Shown here: positions 17,881 to 26,915 of the stretch, piece by piece
How positions within the stretch are numbered: position 1 is the stretch's first letter
Layout of the letters: the number at the start of each line of letters is the position of its first letter
Source: Candidatus Methylomirabilota bacterium
Lineage (GTDB): Bacteria > Methylomirabilota > Methylomirabilia > Rokubacteriales > CSP1-6
DNA: 59,465 nt
Direction of reading: 5' to 3'
NCBI GenBank assembly: GCA_046726415.1
Contig: JBKPAK010000014.1
Location: 1 to 59,465, forward strand
Translations under genes and position numbers: made by a program
Notes under the pieces: generated by a model
What the model was told of the DNA's origin: nothing
The model's input: the letters and a program-made list of their open reading frames with translations, nothing else
The model's database searches: none

Positions 17881-18035
17881 GGCGGAGTGACCTCCAGCTG
17901 AGCGTAGGTGCACTCCGTGGGGTGCTTGTCCGGACGCCGGCGGACGAAGTGCGCCGTGTGGGGCAGTCTCCGCCCCTGCATGTGATCGAAAGAGACTTCG
18001 AGCACGCGCTCGGGCCGGAGCGGCTCCCATTCCAG
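17844..18035 (-). pseudogene. C-terminal remnant of a LigC-type ATP-dependent DNA ligase
   Basis: Manual translation LEWEPLRPERVLEVSFDHMQGRRLPHTAHFVRRRPDKHPTECTYAQLEVTPPYELRRIFSQGS*, resembling the LigC OB-domain end; no adenylation domain upstream. Confidence 0.82.
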
Positions 18036-18130
18036 GGGATGGGCCGAGGCACGGTCCGAGGACGTCGTACAATGAGCGCTCCCAACGGGAGTCCGCTCGC
18101 CGATGCAAAAGGTCTCCTGAGGAGGTCGCC

Positions 18131-19222
18131 ATGGGACAGGAGAAGGCTCAGGACGCCGGTTACCGCCGTCATGTCGCGCAGGTCGGCGACGATCCCGCGC
18201 TCCGCGTTTTCAGCCAGGCCGCGCGCCGCCGTGACCTGCTGCCGGGCTGGGAGTTCGTAGGCGGCATCCCCAATGAGCCGATCCCCGCCGAGCAGGCCTA
18301 CCGCTGGAGCTGGGCCGAGGCGCTTCGCCCGATGATGGTAAAGGCCTACGACGTCGTGGATCCGGTGAAGGCCGAGCGCCGCAACCTGGTGATGATGAAC
18401 CCCGGCCTCAAGCGCCCCGCCACCACCCAGACGCTCATCGCGGCGATCCAGGGCGTGCTGCCCGGCGAGATCGCGCCCGCCCATCGTCACACCGCTGGCG
18501 CGCTCCGCTTCATGATCGAGGGCCGCGGCTCGTTCACCACTGTCAACGGCGAACCCTGCTACATGGACCCCGCCGCGTTGATCCTCACGCCGCAGTGGTG
18601 CTGGCACGACCACGCCAACGAGACCAACGCGCCGGTGATCTGGCTCGACGTCCTCGACGTGCCCTTCATCATGGACATGAACCAGTGGTTCTTCGAGATG
18701 TTCCCGGCCGAGGTCCAGCCGCGGAACCGTCCCCGGGGCGAGAACCTCAAGCGCTTCGGGGCCGGCATCGTCCGGCCCTTGGGCCCGCGTGTCCACGACG
18801 GCCCCTCCCCGCTCCTCGTCTATCCCTGGGACCGCACCGAGGCCGCGCTGCGCGAGATGGCGGAGATCGACGCGAGCGAGGGCGGCGTGACCGTCGAGTA
18901 CAACAATCCGGCCACCGGCGGCCCGGTGCTCCCGACCATCGCTTGCTACGCGCACATGCTGCGACCGGGCGGTCAGACGCGCCCGCGCCGCACAAACGCC
19001 AGCGGGGTGCTCCACGTGGTGCGCGGCCGCGGTCGCACCATCGTCGGCGATCAGAAGCTCGAGTGGGAGACGGGCGACGTGCTGGCCATTCCCCACTGGC
19101 TGTGGGTGCAGCACGAGAACGCCTCGACCGCCGAGCCCGCGTTCCTCTTCAGCTCGACGGACGCGCCGATCCTGCAAGCGTTCGGCATCCTGCGCGAGGA
19201 GGCCAACGGGTCGAAGACATGA
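18131..19222 (+). CDS. Gentisate 1,2-dioxygenase-family bicupin
   Basis: GGAGG RBS; AERRNLVMMNPGL, PGEIAPAHRHT, TPQWCWHDHAN, WLDVLDVP, YPWDRT, VEYNNPATGGP. Confidence 0.88.
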   Translation: MGQEKAQDAGYRRHVAQVGDDPALRVFSQAARRRDLLPGWEFVGGIPNEPIPAEQAYRWSWAEALRPMMVKAYDVVDPVKAERRNLVMMNPGLKRPATTQTLIAAIQGVLPGEIAPAHRHTAGALRFMIEGRGSFTTVNGEPCYMDPAALILTPQWCWHDHANETNAPVIWLDVLDVPFIMDMNQWFFEMFPAEVQPRNRPRGENLKRFGAGIVRPLGPRVHDGPSPLLVYPWDRTEAALREMAEIDASEGGVTVEYNNPATGGPVLPTIACYAHMLRPGGQTRPRRTNASGVLHVVRGRGRTIVGDQKLEWETGDVLAIPHWLWVQHENASTAEPAFLFSSTDAPILQAFGILREEANGSKT

Positions 19223-20277
19223 GGTTCGGTCTCAACTTCTTCCCGGCCTTCCGCCCCGCGGACGCCACGACGGCGGCGTACTTCGATCAGTGTCTCCGCC
19301 TTTCCGAGCGCGCGGACGCCCTCGGCTACCACTCGATCAAGACGGTCGAGCACCAGTTCTACGATTACGGCGGTCGCAGCCCCAATCCCACCGTGCTGCT
19401 GGCCGCCATCGCCGCCAGGACGAAGCGGATCCGGCCCATCACCGGTGCGGTCATCCCCGCCTTCAACCATCCCGTCAAGGTGGCGGGCGAGCTGGCCATG
19501 CTCGACAACCTCAGCCAAGGCCGGCTCGACGTCGGCTTCGGGCGCGCCTTCATCCCGAAGGAGTTCGAGGTCTTCGGCGTGAGCCTGGACGAGAGCCGGC
19601 CGCGCTTCGAGGAATGCATCGACATCATCCGCCGGCTGTGGACGGAAGACCGCGTCAGCCACGAGGGCCGGTACTTCAAGCTCCACGACGTGCACCTCAT
19701 GCCGCGCCCCGTGCAGACGCCCCATCCGCCGATCTGGATCGCCGCTATCGCCTCGCTGGACTCGTTCGTGTGGGCGGGCCAGCATGGCTATCACCTGATG
19801 ATCGTGCCGTTCGCCCAGCAGATGGACCGCACCCGGCAGTTCGTGAGCGCCTACCGGAAGGCCTGGCGGGAGGCGGGATTCCGACCGGGCGCCGAGCAGG
19901 TCCAGCTCGCGCTCTTCTGCTACCTCGCCGAGTCGCACGCGGAGGCGATACGCGGTTTCGACCGTCCCGCCCGGCGCTACGTCGAGGTGCTCAGCGAGGC
20001 GGTGAGCGGCTGGTCGACCGCGCAGTCCGCGCAATATCAGGGGTACGACAAGATGGTAACGTCGCTGGCCGCCCTGACCCCGCAGACGATCATCGAGAAC
20101 CACCTCGCCTACGTGGGGACGCCGGAGGACGCCGTCGAGCAGGTGCAGTGGCACCGGCAGTTCTTCGGGGAGATCGAGCCCTCGATGCAGATCAGCTTCG
20201 GGGGCATCAAGGATGCGGAGGCCTTCCGGACGCTCGAGCTGTTCGCGAGTCGCGTCATGCCGAAGTTCCTGATCTGA
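19219..20277 (+). CDS. LLM-class (luciferase-like) flavin-dependent monooxygenase
   Basis: ATGA overlap with the cupin; MRFGL, VEHQF, HPVKVAGELAMLDNLSQGRLDVGFGRA, PRPVQTPHPPIW. Confidence 0.9.
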   Translation: MRFGLNFFPAFRPADATTAAYFDQCLRLSERADALGYHSIKTVEHQFYDYGGRSPNPTVLLAAIAARTKRIRPITGAVIPAFNHPVKVAGELAMLDNLSQGRLDVGFGRAFIPKEFEVFGVSLDESRPRFEECIDIIRRLWTEDRVSHEGRYFKLHDVHLMPRPVQTPHPPIWIAAIASLDSFVWAGQHGYHLMIVPFAQQMDRTRQFVSAYRKAWREAGFRPGAEQVQLALFCYLAESHAEAIRGFDRPARRYVEVLSEAVSGWSTAQSAQYQGYDKMVTSLAALTPQTIIENHLAYVGTPEDAVEQVQWHRQFFGEIEPSMQISFGGIKDAEAFRTLELFASRVMPKFLI

Positions 20278-20341
20278 TCCGCTCAGAGGAGAAGAGGGAT
20301 GCGGACCTTCGGCATCGAGAAGCCTGCCACCTGAGCGGCCG

Positions 20342-21079
20342 GTGGAGCTCCTGCTCGACGCGCAAGGCATCAGCAAGAACTTCGGCGGCGTCCAGGCCCT
20401 CGATCGCGTCGATCTCTCCGTGCGCCGCGGCGAGGTGCTGGGACTCATCGGTCCCAACGGGGCGGGCAAGACCACGATGTTCAACGTGATCTGCGGTCTC
20501 CCCCCCACGGCGGGACGCATCCATTTCAAGGGCGGCGACATCACCGGGCTGCCTCCGCACCGCATCTGCCGACGCGGCATCGCGCGCACGTTCCAGCTCA
20601 CCCGTCCGTTCGTCGAGCTGTCCGTGCAGGACAACGTGGCAGCCGCAGCGCTGTTCGGCCGCAACCACGGGACGGTGACGAGCCTGGGCGAGGCACGCGC
20701 GAGCGCCGACCGCGTGCTCGGCTGGGTCAAGCTCGACCACCGCGCCAAGGCGTCCGCAAAGGATCTCCTGTTCTCGGAACGGCGACGGCTGGAGCTGGCG
20801 CGCGCCCTGGCCACCAGCCCGGAACTCCTGTGCCTCGACGAGGTCATGGCCGGGCTCACCGTGGAAGAGGCCGACGACATGGTCGAGATCCTCGGACGGC
20901 TCCGCCAGGAGCTCACCCTCAGCCTGCTCGTCATCGAGCACGTGATGAAGGTCGTCATGGCGATCTGCGACCGGATCGTCGTGCTCAACCACGGGAGCAA
21001 GCTGGCCGAGGGGACGCCACAGGAAGTTGCCGGCCATCCCCAGGTGATCGAGGCCTATCTGGGAGTCGACAGTGCTTAG
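20342..21079 (+). CDS. Liv-type ABC transporter ATPase (LivG-like)
   Basis: GPNGAGKTT, GIARTFQ, LDEVMAGL, IEHVM, AYLG. Confidence 0.93.
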   Translation: MELLLDAQGISKNFGGVQALDRVDLSVRRGEVLGLIGPNGAGKTTMFNVICGLPPTAGRIHFKGGDITGLPPHRICRRGIARTFQLTRPFVELSVQDNVAAAALFGRNHGTVTSLGEARASADRVLGWVKLDHRAKASAKDLLFSERRRLELARALATSPELLCLDEVMAGLTVEEADDMVEILGRLRQELTLSLLVIEHVMKVVMAICDRIVVLNHGSKLAEGTPQEVAGHPQVIEAYLGVDSA

Positions 21080-21776
21080 GGTGCACGAGATCGACGTTTT
21101 CTACGGCCTGGTGCCCGCGCTCCATCGCGTGTGCGTGGACGTCGACGCGCGTGAGACGGTATGCCTGCTCGGCCCCAACGGGGCGGGCAAGACCACCACG
21201 GTGAAGAGCATCACCGGGCTTCTCAGGCCGCGCGCCGGGACGATCTCGCTGAACGGCACGGACATCACCGGCGTGCCCCCCCATGGCACGGTGGGGCTCG
21301 GAATCGGCCTCGCGCCGGAAGGGCGGCTCCTCTTCCCGGACATGTCGGTGGAGGAGAACCTCGAGCTCGGCGCCTCCCCGGCCCGTGCGCGCGCCCAGCA
21401 ACGGGAGTCGAAGGAGCGTGTGTTCTCGCTCTTCCCGCGCCTGCTGGCGCGCCGGAGGCAGGCGGCGGGGACGCTCAGCGGCGGCGAGCAGCAGATGGTG
21501 GCCATCGGCCGCGCCCTGATGGCGCGACCACAGCTCCTGATCCTCGACGAGCCGTCCCTCGGCCTGTCGCCCCTCATGGTCCAGGAACTGTTCCGCGTGC
21601 TGAGAACGCTCAACGAGGGGGGCATGAGCATTCTGCTCGTCGAGCAGAACGTCGTGCAGGCCCTGAAGATCTGCCACCGCGCCTACGTGCTCGAGTCGGG
21701 CAGGATCGTCATGCAGGGCACGAGCGCCGAGCTGCGCAGCTCCGACACCATCAGGAAGTCCTATCTAGGAATGTAG
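21072..21776 (+). CDS. Liv-type ABC transporter ATPase (LivF-like)
   Basis: GPNGAGKTT, PEGR, LSGGEQQM, LDEPSLGL, VEQN. Confidence 0.94.
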   Translation: MLRVHEIDVFYGLVPALHRVCVDVDARETVCLLGPNGAGKTTTVKSITGLLRPRAGTISLNGTDITGVPPHGTVGLGIGLAPEGRLLFPDMSVEENLELGASPARARAQQRESKERVFSLFPRLLARRRQAAGTLSGGEQQMVAIGRALMARPQLLILDEPSLGLSPLMVQELFRVLRTLNEGGMSILLVEQNVVQALKICHRAYVLESGRIVMQGTSAELRSSDTIRKSYLGM

Positions 21777-21849
21777 GCGGCCGGGCGGGCCGCAGGTCGC
21801 GGGGCTGGGGCCCCGCCGTCCGAGGCGAGCTGGCGAAAGGAGAACCGAG

Positions 21850-23103
21850 ATGCGGACAAAACTCCGGAAGATCAGCGCGGCCTTGGCGCTCGCGGTGAGC
21901 GCCGCGTTCGTCGTCTCCTTGGCCCTCGCTCCCGATACGCGCGCGCAGGCCAAGGAGATCAAGATCGGCGGCACCATGGCCGTCACCGGCAACTTCGCGG
22001 TGGAGTGGGGCCCGAAGGCCAAGCAGTTTATGGAGGAGTGGGCGACGATGATGAACGAGCGGGGCGGCGTCTTCGTGAAGGAGGCGAACGCCAAGCTCCC
22101 CATCAAGCTCATCGTCTATGACGACGGCAGCAACGCCGACCGCGCGGTCGAGCTTTACGAGCGGCTGGCCACCACTGACAAGGTCGACTTCTTCACCGGT
22201 CCCGCCTCCAGCCCCATCACCATCAAGGCCTCGACGGTGGCCGAGAAGTACGGCATCCCGATGGTCACCGCGGAGGCCAACAGCCCGGCCATCTTCGCGC
22301 GCGGGTTCAAGTGGCTGGTGGGCGCCGACCGGCCGGCGCCGCAATGGGCGGAAGACTACTACACCATGCTCAAAGCGCTCATGGACACCAGCGCCCTGCC
22401 CAGGCTCAAGACGGTGGCGGTCATCCAGGAGAACACGCCGCACACGATGGACGTGGGCTGGGGTGGCATCAACCGCGCCAACATCGCGGGCCTGACGGTG
22501 GTGGCAACCGAAACCGTGCCGCCGGGAGTCACCGACTTCTCCGCGATCATCGGCAAGCTGAAGGCGGCCAATCCGGACGTGCTCTACGTGGCGACCTGGG
22601 CGGGCACCGCCGCGGCATTCGCCAAGCAGGCCTTCGAGCTCGGGTTGAAGTCGAAGGAGTTCCACATCCCGCATAGCACCATCACGGAGAAGTGGTACGG
22701 GATGGTGGGCGGGAACGTTGGGGAAGGGGTCACCGGAATCACCCACGAGGTGATCTTCAAGAAGGGGGACAAGGACGCCTATTTCGCGCTGCGGAAGAAG
22801 GTGGGCCTGGAGGGGTTCGAGGCGGGATGGACCTCGCTGCGCTTCATCGCGCTGGAGGCGCTGACCAAGGCCATCGAGCAGGCGGGCAGCCTGGATCGGG
22901 CCAAGGTCATGGCCGCCCTCCGCACCCTGAAGTACGAGACGCTGCACGGTCAGCTCGCCTTCAGCTTCGGCGCGGAGGTGGCGGGCAAGAAGGTGGATGG
23001 CGTCGGCAACAAGATCGTCTTCCCCGCGCAGTGGCAGAACGGGAAGATCGTGGTGGTCTGGCCCTCCGACCTGGCCACCGGCCGTTATCGTCCCCGGTCG
23101 TAG
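21850..23103 (+). CDS. Liv-type ABC transporter substrate-binding protein
   Basis: AAGGAG RBS, signal peptide, EIKIGG, YDDGS...YERL...DKVD, TDFSAIIGKLKAANPD, QWQNGK. Confidence 0.9.
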   Translation: MRTKLRKISAALALAVSAAFVVSLALAPDTRAQAKEIKIGGTMAVTGNFAVEWGPKAKQFMEEWATMMNERGGVFVKEANAKLPIKLIVYDDGSNADRAVELYERLATTDKVDFFTGPASSPITIKASTVAEKYGIPMVTAEANSPAIFARGFKWLVGADRPAPQWAEDYYTMLKALMDTSALPRLKTVAVIQENTPHTMDVGWGGINRANIAGLTVVATETVPPGVTDFSAIIGKLKAANPDVLYVATWAGTAAAFAKQAFELGLKSKEFHIPHSTITEKWYGMVGGNVGEGVTGITHEVIFKKGDKDAYFALRKKVGLEGFEAGWTSLRFIALEALTKAIEQAGSLDRAKVMAALRTLKYETLHGQLAFSFGAEVAGKKVDGVGNKIVFPAQWQNGKIVVVWPSDLATGRYRPRS

Positions 23104-23142
23104 CCGAGCGGCAGGGGGAAGGCGCCACTCGCGTCTCAGCAC

Positions 23143-24030
23143 ATGGCACGCGCGCTCGAGCTCGTCATCGGCGGGTTGTCGCTGGGGGGCATCTACGCCC
23201 TGCTTGCCTTCGCCATGTCCCTGACCATCAGCACGACGCGCGTGCTCAACGTGGCCCACGGCGTGTTCTTCGTGTGGGGCGGCGCCTTCTTCGTGATCCT
23301 CACCCAGCGCCTGAATCTCCATCCGGCGCTGGCCCTGGTGGTCCTCATCGCCCTCTTCTTCGTCTTCGCCCTGCTGTTCCAGTGGGGCATCGTGCGCACG
23401 CTCCTGGGACGGAGCGTGCATCTCCTACTGATCGGAAGCATCATGGCCACCTTCGGGCTGGCCCTGTCGATGGAGAGCGCCCTCGGCTACACCTGGGTCA
23501 CCTTCGTCGATCCGTATCCGGTCTTCTCGTCGTCACTGGCCATGTTCCCCGTCCACTTCGGCGCGGTCGCGCTCTCGGGGAGCCGGCTCGTCATCCTCGC
23601 CTTCGTACTGGTGACGGTCACGGGCTTCCACCTCTTTCTCCAGAAGACCTTCCTGGGCAAGGGCGCCCGCGCCATGGCCCAAAACTTTGACGGGTTTCTC
23701 GTCATTGGTCTCAACCCGTACCGGCTGTCGCTGATCCTGTTCACGCTTGCCATCGTGGCCACCGCCGTCTCCGGGGCCTTCTATGTGCTCGCCGTGCCCC
23801 TGAACCCGTACGAGGGATTGCCGCTGACGCTCAAGTCGTTCACCGTCGTGATCCTGGCCGGGGTGGGCAATCTGCCGGCCACCCTCGTGGCGGGGTCGGT
23901 GCTGGGGCTGGCCGAGGTGATCACCAGCCAGTTCCTCGGCACGGTGTGGGCGCCGGCGGTGAGCCTGACCATCCTGTTTCTGGTCCTGGTGTTCAAACCC
24001 ACGGGGCTCTTCGGAAAGGGCGTGTATTGA
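23143..24030 (+). CDS. Liv-type ABC permease (LivH-like)
   Basis: GGIYALLA, VLNVAHG, TFLGKGARAMAQN, KPTGLFG. Confidence 0.92.
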   Translation: MARALELVIGGLSLGGIYALLAFAMSLTISTTRVLNVAHGVFFVWGGAFFVILTQRLNLHPALALVVLIALFFVFALLFQWGIVRTLLGRSVHLLLIGSIMATFGLALSMESALGYTWVTFVDPYPVFSSSLAMFPVHFGAVALSGSRLVILAFVLVTVTGFHLFLQKTFLGKGARAMAQNFDGFLVIGLNPYRLSLILFTLAIVATAVSGAFYVLAVPLNPYEGLPLTLKSFTVVILAGVGNLPATLVAGSVLGLAEVITSQFLGTVWAPAVSLTILFLVLVFKPTGLFGKGVY

Positions 24031-24977
24031 TGGCTTTCGCCGTGATCGCCATCGCGGTGCTCTGCGCGCTCCCGCCCCTTCTCTCCTCGAGCTGGTTGCT
24101 CGTCGTGTTCCTCAGCTTCCTCTGGCTCATCCTCGCCGCCAACTACGACGTGCTGGACGGCTTCCTCGGCTACATCAATCTCGGCCAGGGCGCCTTCTTC
24201 GGCCTCGGCGCCTACGTGGCCACCATCCTCCTGCACGTTCCCGCCGTGCAGGAGCTCGGCCTGCTCACCTACGTCGCAGTCACCCTGTCGGCGCTCGTCG
24301 TCTCCGCGCTCTTCGCGGCGGTGATGGCGTTCCCCCTCTTCCGTCTCAAGGGCCTCTACTTCGCCATCGCCACGCTGATCCTGATCTTCCTTCTGCAGGT
24401 CCTGGCCCTGAATCTCGCCGACCTCACGGGCGGCTCCTACGGGCTCTATGTGCCGCCTCGCTTCTTCATGAGCACCGTGGTCGGCTACTACCTGGCGCTG
24501 GCAGTGGCCATCGCGGCGGTGGGCTTCAACGGGTATCTCTCGCGCAGCACCCTCGGCCTGGCCTTCCGGTGCATCAAGGGAGACGGCGACGCGGCCAGCA
24601 GCATCGGGCTCGACCTGATGAAGTACAAGATCATCGCGCTGGTGATCGGCAGCGTGCCCAGCGCGGCGGCCGGTGTGCTCTTCGCTCTGAACTCCGGCTT
24701 CATCGATCCCAACATCGCGCTGGGGGTGGAGCGCAGCCTCCTGCCGCCGCTCATGGCCCTGCTCGGCGGGACGGGCGCGGTGATGGGACCGGTCTTCGGC
24801 ACCGCCATCATCCGCATCATCGAGACCATCTTCTTCCACTATCTGCGCCTGCCCGTGCCCTCCATGCTGTTCTTCGGGGTCACGCTGCTGGCGGTGGCCT
24901 TGCTGATTCCCGAGGGGCTGATGAAGTCGCCGCGGATCAAGCGCCTCCCCGTGCTGCGGACGCTGGCGTCCGTCTGA
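24030..24977 (+). CDS. Liv-type ABC permease (LivM-like)
   Basis: TGATG overlap; GYINLGQGAFFGLGAY, RLKGLYFAIATL, LLGGTG, PEGL. Confidence 0.92.
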   Translation: MAFAVIAIAVLCALPPLLSSSWLLVVFLSFLWLILAANYDVLDGFLGYINLGQGAFFGLGAYVATILLHVPAVQELGLLTYVAVTLSALVVSALFAAVMAFPLFRLKGLYFAIATLILIFLLQVLALNLADLTGGSYGLYVPPRFFMSTVVGYYLALAVAIAAVGFNGYLSRSTLGLAFRCIKGDGDAASSIGLDLMKYKIIALVIGSVPSAAAGVLFALNSGFIDPNIALGVERSLLPPLMALLGGTGAVMGPVFGTAIIRIIETIFFHYLRLPVPSMLFFGVTLLAVALLIPEGLMKSPRIKRLPVLRTLASV

Positions 24978-25131
24978 CCGTCGCGCATGATGGCACTGAA
25001 TCGGGCTGAATCGCGAAGGGGGCTCCACTGCGAGGTGGAGGCCGTCGGCGTGGCCTTGATGCGTGCCGGCGCCCTTCCGGATCGCTCCCGCTTCAGACGA
25101 CCGGAGGCGCGAGGATCACGGGCTTGAATGT

Positions 25132-25163
25132 TAATTGACTAAACTATTAGGTGGCTGTACCTT
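25132..25163 (+). promoter_or_regulatory. Sigma-70 promoter overlapped by an imperfect palindrome (probable MarR operator)
   Basis: TTGACT (25135-25140), 17-nt spacer, TACCTT (25158-25163); TAATTGACT/AAACTATTA pseudo-palindrome at 25132-25149. Confidence 0.62.
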
Positions 25164-25173
25164 TGTCAGTGTC

Positions 25174-25638
25174 ATGCTGTCCCCGCGCTCCCGCCGGCAC
25201 CCCGTGGAGGCCCAGCGCCTCCTCGATCTCCTGAATGCCCTGGGCAGCACCACGTTCCGCCAGCTCCTCTGGCAGCGGGCCTCCGAGCTCGACCTCACTT
25301 ACGCGCAATCGCAGGTCCTCTTCCACGTCGCCGACCATCCCGGCTGCCATATGGGGGACGTGGCGAAGGCCTTCGGCGTCACCCTGCCGGCCGTCACCCA
25401 CATCGTCGACCGGCTGGAGGAGAAGCAGTTCCTCCAGCGCGCCGACGATCCAGCCGATCGCCGGGTCTACATCCTCGAGCTGACGCGGGCGGGTCGGGCG
25501 CTGGTCCAGGAGCTCCACGGCCTGCAGATGCGCGGTGTCGAGGGCGTGCTCCAGCGGATGTCCGCGGAGGACCGGCAGCGCGTGATCAAGGGGCTGGAGG
25601 CCCTGGTGGACGCGGCCACCGCGGCGGCGAACCCGTGA
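25174..25638 (+). CDS. MarR-family transcriptional regulator
   Basis: DLTYAQSQVL, VTHIVDRLEEK, DPADRRVYILELTRAG. Confidence 0.93.
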   Translation: MLSPRSRRHPVEAQRLLDLLNALGSTTFRQLLWQRASELDLTYAQSQVLFHVADHPGCHMGDVAKAFGVTLPAVTHIVDRLEEKQFLQRADDPADRRVYILELTRAGRALVQELHGLQMRGVEGVLQRMSAEDRQRVIKGLEALVDAATAAANP

Positions 25639-26915
25639 CCACAAGGCTCGTCACCGCTGCGGTGGTCGCCGCCGTGCTCGGCTTGGCCGGGTGCTCAGAG
25701 TCTCCGAGTGGGGCGCAGGCGCGTCCGGGTCCTGCGCCGGCCGTGCCCGTGAGCGCGGCGACGGCCGAGCGGCGGGTCGTGCCGGTCCAGGTCCTCACGG
25801 TGGGGACCGTGCAGGCGTACACCACCGTCGGCGTCAAATCCCAGGTTGCCGGCCAGATTCAGCAGGTGCACTTCACCGAAGGCCAGGAGGTGAAGCGCGG
25901 CGACCTGCTCTTCGGCATCGATCCGCGGCCCCTGGAGGCCGCAGTCCGGCAGGCGGAGGCCAACGTCGCCAAGGACCGGGCCCAGGTTCGTCAGGCGGAG
26001 GCCGCGTTCGCCCAGCGACAGGCCGAGGTGACGCAGGCGCTGGCGAACCTCGAGCGCGACGTCGCCCAGCTGGACAACGCGCGCGTGCAGGAGCAGCGCT
26101 ACGCCACGCTCGTCGAGAAGGAGTTCATCGCGCGCGAGCAGTACGACCAGGTTCGCACCGCACTGGCTGCCCTGCAGGCCACCGTCGGGGCCGACCGCGC
26201 GGCGGTCGACAACGCCCGAGCTTCGGCGCGGGCGGCGGAAGCCATGGTCGACAATGCGCGGGCGGCGATCCAGGCCAACGAGGCGATGGTCGACACCGCT
26301 CGGTTGCAATTGGCCTACACGACCATCCGGGCGCCGATGGACGGCCGCACGGGCAACCTCCTGGTCCAGGCCGGCAACGTGGTGAAGGCTACCGAGGACA
26401 ACCCGCTGGTGGTCATCGCGCAGATCCGGCCTATCTACGTGTCGTTCGCGGTGCCCGAGCCACATCTCACGGCGATCAAGAAATATCAGGCCGAGGGCAC
26501 GCTCAAGGTCGAGGCGGTGCTCGATGGCGGCCAGCGCACCATCGTGGGCGCGGTGACCTTCATGAACAACACCGTGGACGCGAACACGGGGACGATCCAA
26601 CTCAAGGCGACATTCCCCAACGCGGACAGCGCGCTCTGGCCGGGGCAATTCGTGGACGTCGCACTCACCCTCACCAGCGAGCAGGCGGTGCTCGTCCCGA
26701 CCCAGGCCGTCCAGGCCGGTCAGCAGGGCTCGTTCGTGTTCGTGGTGAAGCCGGACTCCACCGTCGAGTCGCGCCCCGTGAAGGTCGGGCGCCGGCTGGC
26801 CCGCGAGCTCGTGATCGAGCAGGGCGTCAAGGCCGGCGACCGGGTGGTCACCGACGGCCAGCTGCGTCTGGTGCCCGGCGCGCGGGTGGAGATCAAGCCC
26901 CAGAAGCCGTCATGA
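25635..26915 (+). CDS. RND efflux periplasmic adaptor (MdtA-like lipoprotein)
   Basis: Lipobox LAGC; VKSQVAGQI...FTEGQEVKRGD; long helical hairpin; IRAPMDGRTG; LWPGQFV. Confidence 0.93.
   Translation: MTTRLVTAAVVAAVLGLAGCSESPSGAQARPGPAPAVPVSAATAERRVVPVQVLTVGTVQAYTTVGVKSQVAGQIQQVHFTEGQEVKRGDLLFGIDPRPLEAAVRQAEANVAKDRAQVRQAEAAFAQRQAEVTQALANLERDVAQLDNARVQEQRYATLVEKEFIAREQYDQVRTALAALQATVGADRAAVDNARASARAAEAMVDNARAAIQANEAMVDTARLQLAYTTIRAPMDGRTGNLLVQAGNVVKATEDNPLVVIAQIRPIYVSFAVPEPHLTAIKKYQAEGTLKVEAVLDGGQRTIVGAVTFMNNTVDANTGTIQLKATFPNADSALWPGQFVDVALTLTSEQAVLVPTQAVQAGQQGSFVFVVKPDSTVESRPVKVGRRLARELVIEQGVKAGDRVVTDGQLRLVPGARVEIKPQKPS

Noticed and set aside
16618-18035. Complete NHEJ locus (Ku + LigD)
   Set aside because: Only a polymerase domain is intact; no Ku, phosphoesterase or working ligase is in the window.
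25691-26911. Apparent 1457-aa giant RND protein
   Set aside because: The extension is an alternative frame over the MFP gene; the real start is the ATGA-coupled MSPALFIRRPV at 26912. The same applies to the extensions of ORFs starting at 2659, 18595, 37493, 46035, 46794, 49663, 54915, 55582 and 57577.
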